A program made the translations under genes and the position numbers. A DNA stretch of 64,000 bases from Octopus sinensis (Eukaryota), in assembly GCF_006345805.1 (NCBI RefSeq), contig NC_042997.1, forward strand, positions 167,152,001-167,216,000, written 5' to 3'. This document shows positions 1 to 12,376 of the stretch, in pieces (position 1 is the stretch's first letter; each line of letters opens with the position of its first letter). The notes under the pieces are model-generated. The model searched no databases and was not told the origin of the DNA. It worked only from the letters and a program-made list of their open reading frames with translations.

Positions 1-173
1 TTTTCACGCCCGACATCACAAAATGCGTCTGAATAAACATTGCCGGACAGCAAATAGATATTCGGACATTGCTTAGAAAATATTTTTCATTTTTTGCCTC
101 GTATATAGTACGCACTAGGGATTTTGATCTTTAAATTTTGGGGGAAAATTCGGATTATACTCGAGGATTTACA

Positions 174-220
<47 letters not shown>

Positions 221-225
221 TCCTA

Positions 226-253
226 TTTCTGAAGAAGAGCTCGAAACGTAAAA
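226..253 (+). ncRNA. Degenerate minimal hammerhead motif in a PLE pLTR-type remnant
   Basis: ttt-CTGAAGA-agagctc-GAAACGTA-aaa. Same family as the 23544-23578 motif but with stem II collapsed by a short deletion. Lies between (TA)n and (TA)/(TG)n tracts. Confidence 0.45.
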
Positions 254-369
254 CATCCTTTCTTTCCTTCCCTGGGCGTCTTATTAATATATTGCATGTA
301 CCACGTCCACCCGCTGTTTTTTCATACTGTGTTTTTTCTCTCCGTTTTTGCGATTAACTATATACATGC

Positions 370-403
<34 letters not shown>

Positions 404-1326
404 TTGTGTTTGTGTGTGCGTGTGTATGTATGTATGTATGTATGTGTGTATGTGTGTATATATATTAATTTTAGTGATGCGTTACCACCTTGGTGGAGAA
501 GAAGAGGAAAACGATGTTGTGTTAGCTGATTGTGTGCTATGTCCCATTTTGTGTTTCGTGTTAGGAGATTTTTGATTATGGGTTCTTCTGTTCTATAACT
601 GATATGCACTCATATAATGCACTTTGTTTATGATATGTGTATTTTTGATAGGAAATTATATAATGTATTTGTTGCATTGTGTCTCTGTTTATATTTATCA
701 GTTGCCTGGTCGATTGATTTGTTTAAATATCCGTTATTAATTAGCACTTACTGTAATCTGTGTGGTCTTAAGGGCATAGCAGAGGGGTGAAGCAATTTCT
801 GTCACAATCACAAAGCCACGTGTTCGATCCTACTGAGTGGCACCAAGGTCATCGATATCTTCTTCGTGTGTAAAATTGGGAATAAGAAAACTGCTTCGAA
901 GACCACCATATACACTTTATCAAAGTATCAGCCTTGTCATACACTGACACATTCATTGTCACCAGGAAGTAAGCTAGGTTAACTCAAGGTAACAATCTAT
1001 ATCTGCGGTATTCTATATCTACGGTATTGAATGCTAATTCAATGAAAAATTCTTCGCTTGATCGAAAAATCGGTATACTTATTTCCAAAATTGATACTGT
1101 TACATTTTTGACACTCTTATAAGCTAATGTTGATTCAGTAAATTGACACCATATGTCGAACTCTAACTGAATACTGTGTGTACGTGTTGATTTGATGTTC
1201 TACAAATAAAAGCTAACGTCAACCAGAAGCCGATATTGTGGAAACAGTTATGTAATTTTATGTTCAGTTTTCATTAATTTCTACATGATCGTGTATTGAG
1301 AAAATATAATTGAGAAAACTATATAG

Positions 1327-1366
<40 letters not shown>

Positions 1367-1483
1367 CTATGTATCTATCTATGTATCTATCTATCTATCT
1401 ATCTATCTATATTATATATATATATATATATTGCATATACATATGTATATATGTATATGTATATATTGTGTGTATTTACATAT

Positions 1484-1539
<56 letters not shown>

Positions 1540-1566
1540 GTATATATATGTATATATATATATATA

Positions 1567-1943
1567 CTAGCAGTATCGCCCGGCGTTACTCGGTTTGTTT
1601 CGACCCTTTAGAATTGGAATTTTTGAAAAGTAAAAAGTTTGCATTATGTAGCTTGTTATTCTCTTTAAGTGAACATTTTTCTGGTTGAAATACACCAAAA
1701 AATGGCGACGCAGCTGTCAAAAGGTCGATAAAAAGGTCGATACATTTTCATAGGAAAAAAGCACCTTTTTGATGTAAATAATTTTTGGTGTTAACATGGC
1801 CCGATTTGAGTTTTTTCTTCTACGGAAGGAAGAGCAAGCTTCTATCATACTTGGTCAACTTGCGCCGCAAAGTCTCGAAGGGGATAGTGTTATTTGAAGG
1901 CTACTAAACCTGCCATACACAGACAACTCCAGCTTTATATATA
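1567..1943 (-). mobile_element. Non-autonomous Helitron (copy 1)
   Basis: Minus strand begins TATATATAAAGCTGGAGTTGTC and ends in a GC-rich hairpin-like ccgagtaacgccgggcg followed by atactgCTAG. Highly similar to 9341-9743. Confidence 0.7.
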
Positions 1944-2042
1944 TAATATATTATATATATATATATTGCATATACATATGTATATATGTATATGTATATA
2001 TTGTGTGTATTTACATATATACATACATATATATATATATAT

Positions 2043-2076
<34 letters not shown>

Positions 2077-2860
2077 ATAATATATATATATATTATATAT
2101 ATATATATGTATGTGTGTATATAGGTATATAAATGTGTGTACATATATGCATACAAATATATATTTATGCAAAGAGAAACAGAGAGACGAAGTTAAACAA
2201 CTTGGAAACATTTACCACAGAGAAACGCAAAATTATTCATTGTGAAAGCTTCAGCATGATGAAAATTAGTCACGGCCTATAGTAACGTGTAAGCACAAAG
2301 TTTTTGCTTTTTTCTTTTGTTATCCAAAGTTTCGAGCGAATCAAAATATAAATTAGTTGCAACGAGCAAAAGTCGTTTTCGACTTCTAGATACCCTTGAA
2401 ATGCCTAGAATAAACTCAACTTGGTGGTTAGGAAAAAAACCCATGGGAATATTCAATATCATAATTAAAAATATGTATTGAAAGCAACATGTTCTGTCTG
2501 ATTTAATCGATGGCATGACATTACATATCGGTCGACAGATAATTAACATTAAGTTAGGGTATTTAAAACAGGAGCACTAACATACAAGTATATTATATGT
2601 AGGCCCACGCTTGATTCAATAGATTGACACCATATATCGATGTCTAAGTGTGTAGATGTTGGTTTGATGTTTAGCATTATACAAAGAAAAGCTTACATCA
2701 AGAAGTCGACATCTATAGACCTGTATAATGACTCGGCCCAAATCGGCAAAATATGCCGATATTTTGGCCGCAGTTATGTAATTTTATGTTCAGTTGTCAT
2801 TAATTTTGTATTGAGACAATATCTACAAATTGTATAACTGTCTGTTTGTCTGTCTTTCTG

Positions 2861-2948
<88 letters not shown>
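2861..2948. repeat. (TCTA)n microsatellite, followed by compound (TA)n to ~3280
   Basis: Direct reading. Confidence 0.95.
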
Positions 2949-2949
<1 letters not shown>

Positions 2950-3227
2950 ATGTGAGTGCGTACTTCTGTATTTATGCATCTATATATGTATGTATATACA
3001 TGCATACATAAATATATATAGATAGATAGATAGATATACATAATACATATATATTTACATATATATAAATGTATATATATCTATATATATATATATATAT
3101 ACATATATATATACACACACAAATATATATATATATTATATATATATATACACATATAAATATGTATATATATATATATATATATAATATATATATATAC
3201 ATATAAACATATACATATGTATATATA

Positions 3228-3272
<45 letters not shown>

Positions 3273-3359
3273 TATATTTATACTGCGATGGCATCTATAT
3301 ACGTTTTGTCTATCAACTTATTTATGATCTCTAGTCTGTCTGTCACCCTTCTCTCTTCC

Positions 3360-3413
<54 letters not shown>

Positions 3414-3608
3414 TCATTTGACAAAACACACTGCGTCAATAAAGTCGACAGTCTGTTTATATCTATCCAGTCGACATCTATTTTATTTCTTTTTTTTATA
3501 TATAATAAAAACAACACGAAAGCAGGATAAAAAAAAAGCACATCACATAACAGAATTCCGAACTCAGTTGACAACTCAAGTCTCCAGTTTGTTATTTCGT
3601 TCGCAAGA

Positions 3609-3759
3609 ATGTACGGCGCCCCTTCACCATGTTCTCCAGATGCCGCCACCGTTACCAACGATACTATACTTCTTCTGTCGCTGCTGGTAGTGTTGATGTT
3701 GTTGTTGTTGTTGTTGTTTTTGTTGTCGTGGTCGTCGTTGTTGTTGCGGCTGTTATCAG
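3609..3759 (+). CDS. Possible signal-peptide-type first coding exon of an unidentified host gene
   Basis: ATG at 3609 gives MYGAPSPCSPDAATVTNDTILLLSLLVVLMLLLLLLFLLSWSSLLLRLLS and ends at CAG|GTTAGA in phase 1. The hydrophobic stretch comes from a (TTG)n repeat, so this may be coincidental. Confidence 0.25.
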
Positions 3760-4284
3760 GTTAGATGAACCAAGATGTGTCCATGGCATTAACCTATTAA
3801 ACGGTGAAAAAAAAGTGACACAATTAATTAACACAATCAAATTACTAGAAAATGTTTACCTCGAAAATTACCCGAACCAGCTGATATATACAAACAACAT
3901 TTGTTATTTTTTAATGTCTGCCACAAACCATTTTCTCATTGCTAATCAGAGAAGCATCTCTGTGTAAACGACAGTTGAGCAAGCCAACGCGAGAGAGAAG
4001 ACAGAAGGGTGGCAAAAGGAGAGGGCATGGTGAATAGGAAGTAACATAACGGGTTATGTGATAGGACAGCTTACTGCAGAGATCAGTATCACGGCTTCGT
4101 TATGTATAGACTCTTAACTGAACATAGCTTTATTGTGTTTAATTAAATAAATAGATTATTGGTATGTGTACCACAGTCAAACCGCCATTTTCAACATTGC
4201 ATGACTATATGTTTCATAAAAGTAAATGTGTGTCTACACGTGTGCGTGTGTAAATTTTATATACATATAAATATACATACATAC

Positions 4285-4349
<65 letters not shown>

Positions 4350-4359
4350 TTACATAGAT

Positions 4360-4392
<33 letters not shown>

Positions 4393-4558
4393 CATATGTA
4401 TATTCATATATGTACATATATGTGTGCGTGAACATTTGTGTGTGTGTATGAATATATGATGATGTATATATACATGTATATAATATACATATGACAAACA
4501 TGTAATGCATATATAAAATGATATTTATACATGCATATATGTGTCTGTGTGTATGCAC

Positions 4559-4591
<33 letters not shown>

Positions 4592-4623
4592 TGTATGAAT
4601 GAATGTATGTATGTATGTATGTA

Positions 4624-4654
<31 letters not shown>

Positions 4655-4657
4655 ATG

Positions 4658-4689
<32 letters not shown>

Positions 4690-5184
4690 TGTATGTATGT
4701 ATGTGTGTATGTATGCTTCTACAGACCTTATAGTAGATTAATAGATAGTCATGTGCTTCATAGTGAACATCTGAATTCATTTCAAACCGAGGTAATTCTC
4801 AATATGGCATTCAAAATAAATTGAATTAATTAGGGATGTGGCAACAATGTCTATGTGAATAAAAGTGTAGAAAATAGGGGGGGGGGTCGAATATATCAAA
4901 CAGAGAAGCTATGTGTATAGTATATATATATAAGTTAATCACGTGCGTATATGTATCTATAAATATGTGCACGCACACACATATATGCATATGTGTATGT
5001 ATGTATGTGTGTGTGTGTGTGTGCAGATACGTCCAAAATAAATATGTACATAAATATCTAAGTATAAGTGTCTCTAAGTGTGTCAACGTAATTATGTTGT
5101 GTAAACATAGGAATGGTGCCAGAGCTGGTAATCTGTGATGTGGGTTCAATTCTTAATTGAGCCATTTTATATTTTCTTCTAAAC

Positions 5185-5511
5185 CAGTGGTTCTCAACCG
5201 GGGTCCATATAAGACATTTGAGGCTCCATACTAGCAAAATAGTAAATTTGGGATCCGCAGTAGTAGTTTAAGCGATCATAGAAAGTTTTGATTTAAATGT
5301 ATGTATTGCAAACAAAAAAAAAATAGGTAGATTTCTTTTCCTAACATTTTACGTAGTTCAACCTATACAAGTGAATAAGAGACTAACAAAATAGGAATTT
5401 TGAAAAAGTATCTATAAAATTATTTTTTAAACATCAAATGGCTATGGAAGTTCACCAGAATAAAATAGTAAGCAAAGGGGTCCGTAAGTAATAAGTGGCT
5501 GAGAACCATTC
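5185..5511. mobile_element. hAT/Charlie-type MITE
   Basis: Left end CAGTGGTTCTCAACC and right end GGCTGAGAACCATTC form an imperfect 15-bp TIR typical of hAT-Charlie non-autonomous elements. The 8-bp TSD is not clearly preserved. Confidence 0.65.
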
Positions 5512-7080
5512 TTTGAAAATGTTAAGCTGTCACAAGAGCAATTGATTCGGCTATCTATGCACCTTTTGTCACCCATAACTTGTTTCACTATATGGGACAT
5601 TCTTTTCTAGTTTTTTTTTTTCTTTTGGAATTGCAAGCCTCTTGAATCTTACACCTGCTATTTTTTTCATCTCTATCCTATAGGCATCAAACAATAAGAT
5701 GTGACATTGAACCTCGACAGCATCCACACTGCGAGCCTGGGAAGTATATGGGAGTCATACTTATAATTAAAATTATATATGTCCAACTTTAGCGTGCCCA
5801 TAACAGACACAAAATTTAGGAAGGATTGAAGGTCAAGGAAATCGAATCCAGTGTTTGATTGGTACTTACGTTATCGTCACCCATATGGACACAAATCAAA
5901 TTTGACTCTAGTGAAATTTTCCCTTCGAATATAAAACAGGTAACTAAATACAGTTCTTTAATATACCGTAGTTGATGGCTTAAAAGACGCACGAGGATAT
6001 TAAATACACCCTTATTTCAGCAGCGTATAATCAGGGAAACAATCTTTTTAGTATATTAAAGCATGAAATATAGACTCAACTTCGCATGTAGGACGCGGGT
6101 TGGTTTACTGAGCAGAACATGCGTCATATATACCATCAAATACGATACGTGTAAATCCATACGTTTAGTGGGAAGAATGCACTGGATTAGATGAACTATA
6201 GCACTTTCTTGGCACCTACTGTATCAACCACCAAAAGCTGCAAAACAAAACTCACTGATCAAATCGTGAAAGGCTGTGGCTAAGAACTGCAAGCTGTTTT
6301 GTTCCTTTCATTCATTACGCCATCGTGTTATAGATATGTAAAGGCGAAGCGAGCTGTTATTTCTAACCGTTGTCATTAATTGAAAGAATGATGTTTACAA
6401 ATAAGTTCTGGCTATAGTTTTTTATGGAATTTGATCCAGGTACTCATTATGATTTTTAGAACTTTTAATTTATGAAAATCCGCCCCACCCACTCCCATCC
6501 TTTGCTAAAATGGAGGTAAGCGATCTTCCACCAAGATTGTTTGGGCCCACGAAATGTCGCTCTGAAATGCCATAATACATCTAACTGTAACTGTAACAGT
6601 AACCGTCAGCTCACTGTGACCACCACAGGCTAGAAATTTCCCACTGATGCAAGCCATAGTGTCATCATTAAATTAATTAACTTCGTTAGGTTGCCATCCT
6701 ACGTTCAAGTTCTGTTGCGCTAGCTTGGTGAATACTGGGAGCTGTAGAGCAGACTCAAATCAAAATAGTACTACATACAAAGGGTAATTCCATACTTTCT
6801 AATGATTATGTTGTGACCACATACCTATAAGATTGTCAAAATTATAGTTATTGAATATTTATAAAAAAATAGTACAAGCGTAAACACCTTAGAATACTGT
6901 ACCTGTATCTTAGGCAATGTTGCAGCGACGCACACAGACCACGTAGACTTCACTTCACCAAAACTCGCAAAAATTAATGTCAGTGAAAATCAAAAATTCA
7001 ACAACACGCACGCGCGCATATTTATACGTTACAGCCATGCCGCTGCGGTCATGCTGGAGCACCACCATTATATATATATA

Positions 7081-7130
<50 letters not shown>

Positions 7131-7202
7131 ATATATTGATAGAAAATGGTAAGACAACAAAAGAATGAAAGAGTCCTCGATATTATGTAAATAGAGGAAT
7201 TT

Positions 7203-7306
7203 ATCTGTAAATATAATATGTGACAATTATTTGGTAGCCATGATAAAGCATCCGAAACTCGGAGTTTTATCATGGCTACCGAATAATTGTCAAATATTAT
7301 ATTTAC

Positions 7307-7310
<4 letters not shown>
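7203..7310. repeat. Fold-back inverted repeat, ~45-bp arms
   Basis: 7203-7247 pairs with 7266-7310. The loop contains tccga-aac-tcgga. (TA)n follows directly. Confidence 0.9.
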
Positions 7311-7335
<25 letters not shown>

Positions 7336-7345
<10 letters not shown>

Positions 7346-7557
7346 AATTAAGGACTGAACACAAAAAGTGGACAGTCAACATGCTAGATATAGACGTCAA
7401 ATTGCCATTCTCCACAAAAGATTATGTTCTCAGATCAAACTCAGCACAGTTTGCTGAGATCTGAGAACATAATCTTTTGTGGAGAATGGCGATTTGACGT
7501 CTATATCTAGCATGTTGACTGTCCACTTTTCGTGTTCAGTCCTTAATTGGTATATAT
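7336..7557. repeat. Fold-back inverted repeat, ~100-bp arms
   Basis: 7336-7436 pairs with 7458-7557 with two substitutions. Inner ctcagc/gctgag stem. Starts in a (TA)n tract. Confidence 0.9.
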
Positions 7558-7635
7558 AAATATCTTAATCTTCGGATTTTTTTTTAATATGCTAGACCAC
7601 TGGTTCTAATTGATAAATATCAATTTCTACCCTAA

Positions 7636-7670
<35 letters not shown>

Positions 7671-7739
7671 GTAGGTCCCGGGTTGATTCGGGGTTAACCA
7701 CAGTAAATAAGGTACTCAATACATAGTAGAGTAAAATTA

Positions 7740-7864
7740 ATTTATTATATAGAAGGAGCTTCTACAGGACTAGAACTGTTTCATTCAAGAGAAATCTTCA
7801 GGAAGCTCCTGAAGATTTCTCTTGAATGAAACAGTTCTAGTCCTGTAGAAGCTCCTTCTATATA

Positions 7865-7870
<6 letters not shown>
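7740..7870. repeat. Perfect fold-back, 64-bp arms with 3-nt loop
   Basis: 7740-7803 is the reverse complement of 7807-7870, loop agc. The arm carries CTGAAGA...GAAAC. Confidence 0.92.
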
Positions 7871-7947
<77 letters not shown>

Positions 7948-7989
7948 GTATGTATGCATGTGCGCGAGTATGCATGTCTGTGCGTGTAA

Positions 7990-8036
<47 letters not shown>

Positions 8037-8291
8037 TATATATAACATCCCGTGATCGAGGTGTAGGAAGACAGTTAGGTTCAAGCAATCGGTTGTTTGT
8101 AATATAAAAAACAACTTTCAGGGACAATTGTGGTTTATTGAGACGGATGGTTGTGATTTTGTTTTGTATCGATGCATGATAAACTAAAAAAAAAAGTTGT
8201 TTTTTTTTTATATTTCATGGTAAGGTGACCAGGGTTGCCGGGTGTGCGAATAAGAATACAAGAGTTAAAGAATGGAGAAGATAAGATCCGG

Positions 8292-8376
8292 GCTACATAT
8301 GTTTCATAGCGAGCGAAACTTCTGAAGTGGTAAATATCCAAGCGAGGGGTATACCGCTGGCTAGTAGTCTTCAGGC
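8292..8376 (-). ncRNA. Hammerhead motif with extended stem II
   Basis: Minus strand: gc-CTGAAGA-...tagc-cagcgg...tcgct-c-gcta-t-GAAACATATGTA-gc. Palindromic stem III (ACATATGT) and GUA triplet. A diverged inverted copy lies at 8434-8514. Confidence 0.55.
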
Positions 8377-8558
8377 TAAACATGTACCTCCTTGCGAGAA
8401 TGTAAACTTTTATTTAATGAATGTATCCTTGGCGCCTGAAGATAGCCTGCGGTTTACACTTCGCTTAGATATTTACCTTTTCTGAGGTTTTGCTCGCTGT
8501 GAAACATATGCAACCCGGATCTTAACTCTTGCGTGTGTATATATATATATATATACAC

Positions 8559-8595
<37 letters not shown>

Positions 8596-8933
8596 CGTAT
8601 TGGCATCGTATTTTCGATCTTTCCGTTTTCCTGTTTTTCTTTTCTATTGAGTAGCAAACAAAAATTCACACGGAAGTAAATATGTAAATAAGATAGACAG
8701 AATGAAAAAAAAAGAATGTGGGAAAGAAAAATTAATGAGAGAAGGAAAGAGAGGAAGTAGTAACAACGTTGTTAAAGAAAATGCACAAGTGGCCGAGGAA
8801 GCGATGTTCGAATTGTATTTTGCATGAAAGACGACGGCTACCAAATTACTCGGATGTCGCCATAAAATGTACTAACATTTCAGTGTTATCTTCAATACTT
8901 TATTGTGTGTTTATGTGTGTGTAAATATCGTTG

Positions 8934-9047
8934 AAACATTTAATCTATAACCATTAGTCCAACAAAATATATTTTCTTTCGCCTATGGCTGTTGGGAGGC
9001 GAAACAAGATATATTTTGTCGGATTAACGATTATGGATTAAATATTT
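8934..9047. repeat. Imperfect fold-back, ~50-bp arms
   Basis: 8934-8984 pairs with 8997-9047 (tttcgcct/aggcgaaa at the inner ends). Confidence 0.8.
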
Positions 9048-9340
9048 ATTCACTATCAGATTTATTTTTTTAAGTTCTTTTTTCTATGTGGCCGGCCATA
9101 GCTTCTTAGAACTTGCCATCCCGTTGAATAAATATCGCCTATTTATTAATATGCGTCACTATAGAAATGGGCTCAACAATGTCAGAATCATACAGACGTT
9201 CTTTCCACAGTTATGAGATTCTGGATTCGATATTACAGTCTCTTATATTGGCCAAAACCTTGTAAATAAAACTGGGTACAGTTGTGGAAATCACTCGGAT
9301 GGTTTGTCCGTGTTATACAAAGAGTCAGCTTTATCACATA

Positions 9341-9743
9341 CTAGCAGTATCGCCTGGCGTTGCTCGGGTTTGTTTCGGCCCTTTAGAATTGGAATTTTTG
9401 AAAAGTAAAAATTTGCATTATGTAGCTTGGTATTCTCATTAAATGAACATTTTTCAGGTTGAAATACACCGGAAAATGACGACACAGCAGTCCAAAAATC
9501 GTTAAAAAATAGGGATTTTCATAGAAAAAAAACCCACCTTTTTGATGTAAATAATTTAATTTTTGGTGTTAACATGGTCCGATTAGAATTTTTTCTTCTA
9601 CGGAAGGAGGAGCAAGCCTTCTTCTATCATACTCTCAATTTTGGTCAACTTGCACCGCAGGGTCTCGGAGGATATAGTGTTAGTTGAAGGCTACCAAACC
9701 TGCCATACACAGACAACTTCAGCTTTATATATATAGAGAGAGA
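9341..9743 (-). mobile_element. Non-autonomous Helitron (copy 2)
   Basis: Minus strand: A|TCTCTCTCTATATATATAAAGC ... cccgagcaacgccagg hairpin ... CTAG|T. Shows 5'-TC, 3'-CTAG, insertion between A and T, and no TSD. Confidence 0.8.
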
Positions 9744-10284
9744 TTGTTTAACGATTCAACCTAAAAATTACGTAAATATCTGTTGAATACCCAGCTATTT
9801 ACACATTGATTCAGTTAATGGATAGATCAAGTGAGAGGATAATTGAGAGTAACGAATACTTATCACAAAATACGTGATACATTTACTCTTCATTGCTTAA
9901 ATGGTGGCAATTCAGCAAATTAATTGTAGATGGTTTGTAACCAGGACGTATCTACGATTGGACTGTAATAGTTGCGTCTTCTAATGAATGACAACTCAAT
10001 TGTTTCTAGGTAAGCCAAAAGCGACTCCTTTATCCGGAACAACTGAGATCGACAAGTGCTAAGAAGTCTAACCTAACCTCAGTGTAAATCTGTAATACTT
10101 ATTACAGATATAAACATAAGAAAATCTTATCATCACCACCATTATCATTATCATCATCGTCATCATTCTTAACCTCGCCATCGTCGTCGTCGTTGCCATC
10201 TTTTTTCAAGTAGTGCTGGTGTCATTGAGTGCTTTCTCTTTGTCAGCTTCGTGTCATTTAGGTATTGAGTTTTTATTTTTAATT

Positions 10285-10337
<53 letters not shown>

Positions 10338-10720
10338 TGTGTGGTGTGTGTGTGTGTGTGTAAGCTGATTTCTTAGAACTAATCTGCGTGATATGTTTAG
10401 AGTGTCTAGTATTAAATTATATTCTATACAAGAATAAACCATTGTGGTTAATTACTCAGAGACGTCATCTGTATATAAACAACAGTAGCTAACATAGTGT
10501 AGGCATATTTAAAGCAGAAAGCAACAAGAATTTAATTAGAAATATATAATAATGTTGACACTTCTTCACACTATAAGTATTTCAAGTTCGATTCTTTAAG
10601 CTCGTTACATTAAATATTAAATCTAAATTAACTGTTTACTTTTAAGTTGTGTGAGTGTAAGTTCTACTTCTTTCGAAATATATTTGGATTTGACTATTGT
10701 ATTATTTCAGTGATAATTAA

Positions 10721-11405
10721 GGCGGCGAGCTGGCAGAGTTGTTAGCACGCCCCGCAAAATGCTTAGCGGCATTTCGCCCGTCATTACGTTCAGGGTTCAA
10801 ATGCCGCTGGGGTAGACTTTACCTTTCACCCTTTCGCGGTCGATAGAGTAACTGCCAGTTGATCACTGAGGTCGATGTAATTGACTTAACATTCCCCCTA
10901 AATTGCTGGCCTTGTGCCAAAATTTGAAATCAATATATCAGTGAAAATTAAGGTAGCGAGCAGGCAGAATCCTTACCACACCGGACGAAATGCTTGCGAC
11001 ATTTAGTCCGTCTTTGCGTTCTGCATTCAAATGCAGCCGGGATCGACCCTGCCTTTCACTCTTTCGAATTAATAAAGTAAGTACCAGTGAAACACTGGGG
11101 TCGATATAATCAACTTACACTCTCCTCCGAACTCGCTGGCTTTGTGCTAAAATTTGAAACCATTATTTCAGTGGTAATTGTTATTATAGGAATTGCGAGG
11201 TATGAACAGGCGGAAGCGTTACCACGCCGAACAAAATGCTTAGTGGCATTTAGTCCGGTTTTACGCTCTGAGTTAAAATTCCGCCGAAGTCTATCTTTCA
11301 TCTCTTTCAGGGTCGATAAAAAAAGTTCCTGCTGAGAATTTCGGTCGATGTCATCGGCTAGGCCCTTCCCACCAAAATTTCAGGCCTTTCACCTAAAATA
11401 GAAAC
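10721..11405 (+). mobile_element. Three head-to-tail copies of tRNA-derived SINE family A (10721-10932, 10952-11163, 11198-11405)
   Basis: Each has a ggcggcgagctggcaga-type head, a GTTCAAAT B-box-like motif, a cctttcatcctttcggggtcgataaa-type core and a gccttgtgccaaaatttgaaa-type tail. Confidence 0.85.
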
Positions 11406-11815
11406 AGTTATTGTTGGAATTTTTTTATTTCAATCTCCATATTCCAGTTAAATCTACAAGGTATTTATACTTGAATGGTGACTACATTGCTTTCTTTCTG
11501 AGATGATGGAAATTATGAAGTCGATTAGGATATATTTTGGTACTTTCCTATTATCAACAGTCAATTTTTTAATTTCCTAAACAGATGGATGTGAGAGTTG
11601 ATTTGATGACTTTCGGAATAGTTATCATTACATCATTAACAAAGTACAGTGAAAAGAAATACTCATCCAATTTCTTGTTCTTTTTCTTCTCCATGAAGTC
11701 GTGATAGCTATTACATCGGTTTCATGTGTTTAACAGTTTATACTTATATATATTACGGAGATGTACTTGCATAGCAAGTGAGTTGATCTGAGATCGTTTG
11801 CTGAAACAATAACAC

Positions 11816-12064
11816 TTGCAGCGTGGAAGATGTTTGTAAGCCATTTAAGAACACACAAAAACCGTTAGTTTCCCTTCAACATTTAAATTTAATTTGTGTC
11901 AAAATATTTCCATTGCTTTGAAACCGCACGAAGTTTTGTCAGTGAATAGGTCGCGATTTTAAAGCGACGAAAATATAATGACACAAATTAAATTTAAATG
12001 TTGAAGTGAAACTAACGGTTTTTGTATGTTCTTAAATGGCTTACAAACATCTTCCACGCTGCAA
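11816..12064. repeat. Fold-back inverted repeat, ~110-bp arms, with a variant hammerhead-like motif at the centre
   Basis: 11816-11927 pairs with ~11952-12064. Centre reads tgtca-GTGAATA-g-gtcgc...gcgac-GAAA-atataa-tgaca (11937-11983). Confidence 0.8.
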
Positions 12065-12174
12065 TTGTTTATATACACACACACACACACACACATATAT
12101 ATATGTATGCATGTATGTATGTATGTATGTATGTATGTATGTATGTATGTATGTATGTATGTATGTATGTGTCG

Positions 12175-12376
12175 TTGTGTCTGTGTTTGTCTCCTGACCA
12201 TCGCTTGACAACCGATGTTGGTGCGTTTACGTCCCCGTAACTTAGCGGTTCAGCAAAATAGACTGATAGAATAAGTACTATGGTTACAAAGAATGGTGCT
12301 CCAGAATGGTGGCAGACAAATGGTGCTCCAGAATGGTGGCAGACAAATGACTGAAACAAGTAAAAGGCTAAAAGAA
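12175..12376 (+). mobile_element. 3' half of SINE family B
   Basis: ccatcgcttgacaaccgatgttggtgcgtttacgtccccgtaacttagcggttc matches the 3' parts of 29812-30189 and 35321-35662. Carries an internal 27-bp tandem duplication at ~12292-12347. Confidence 0.75.
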
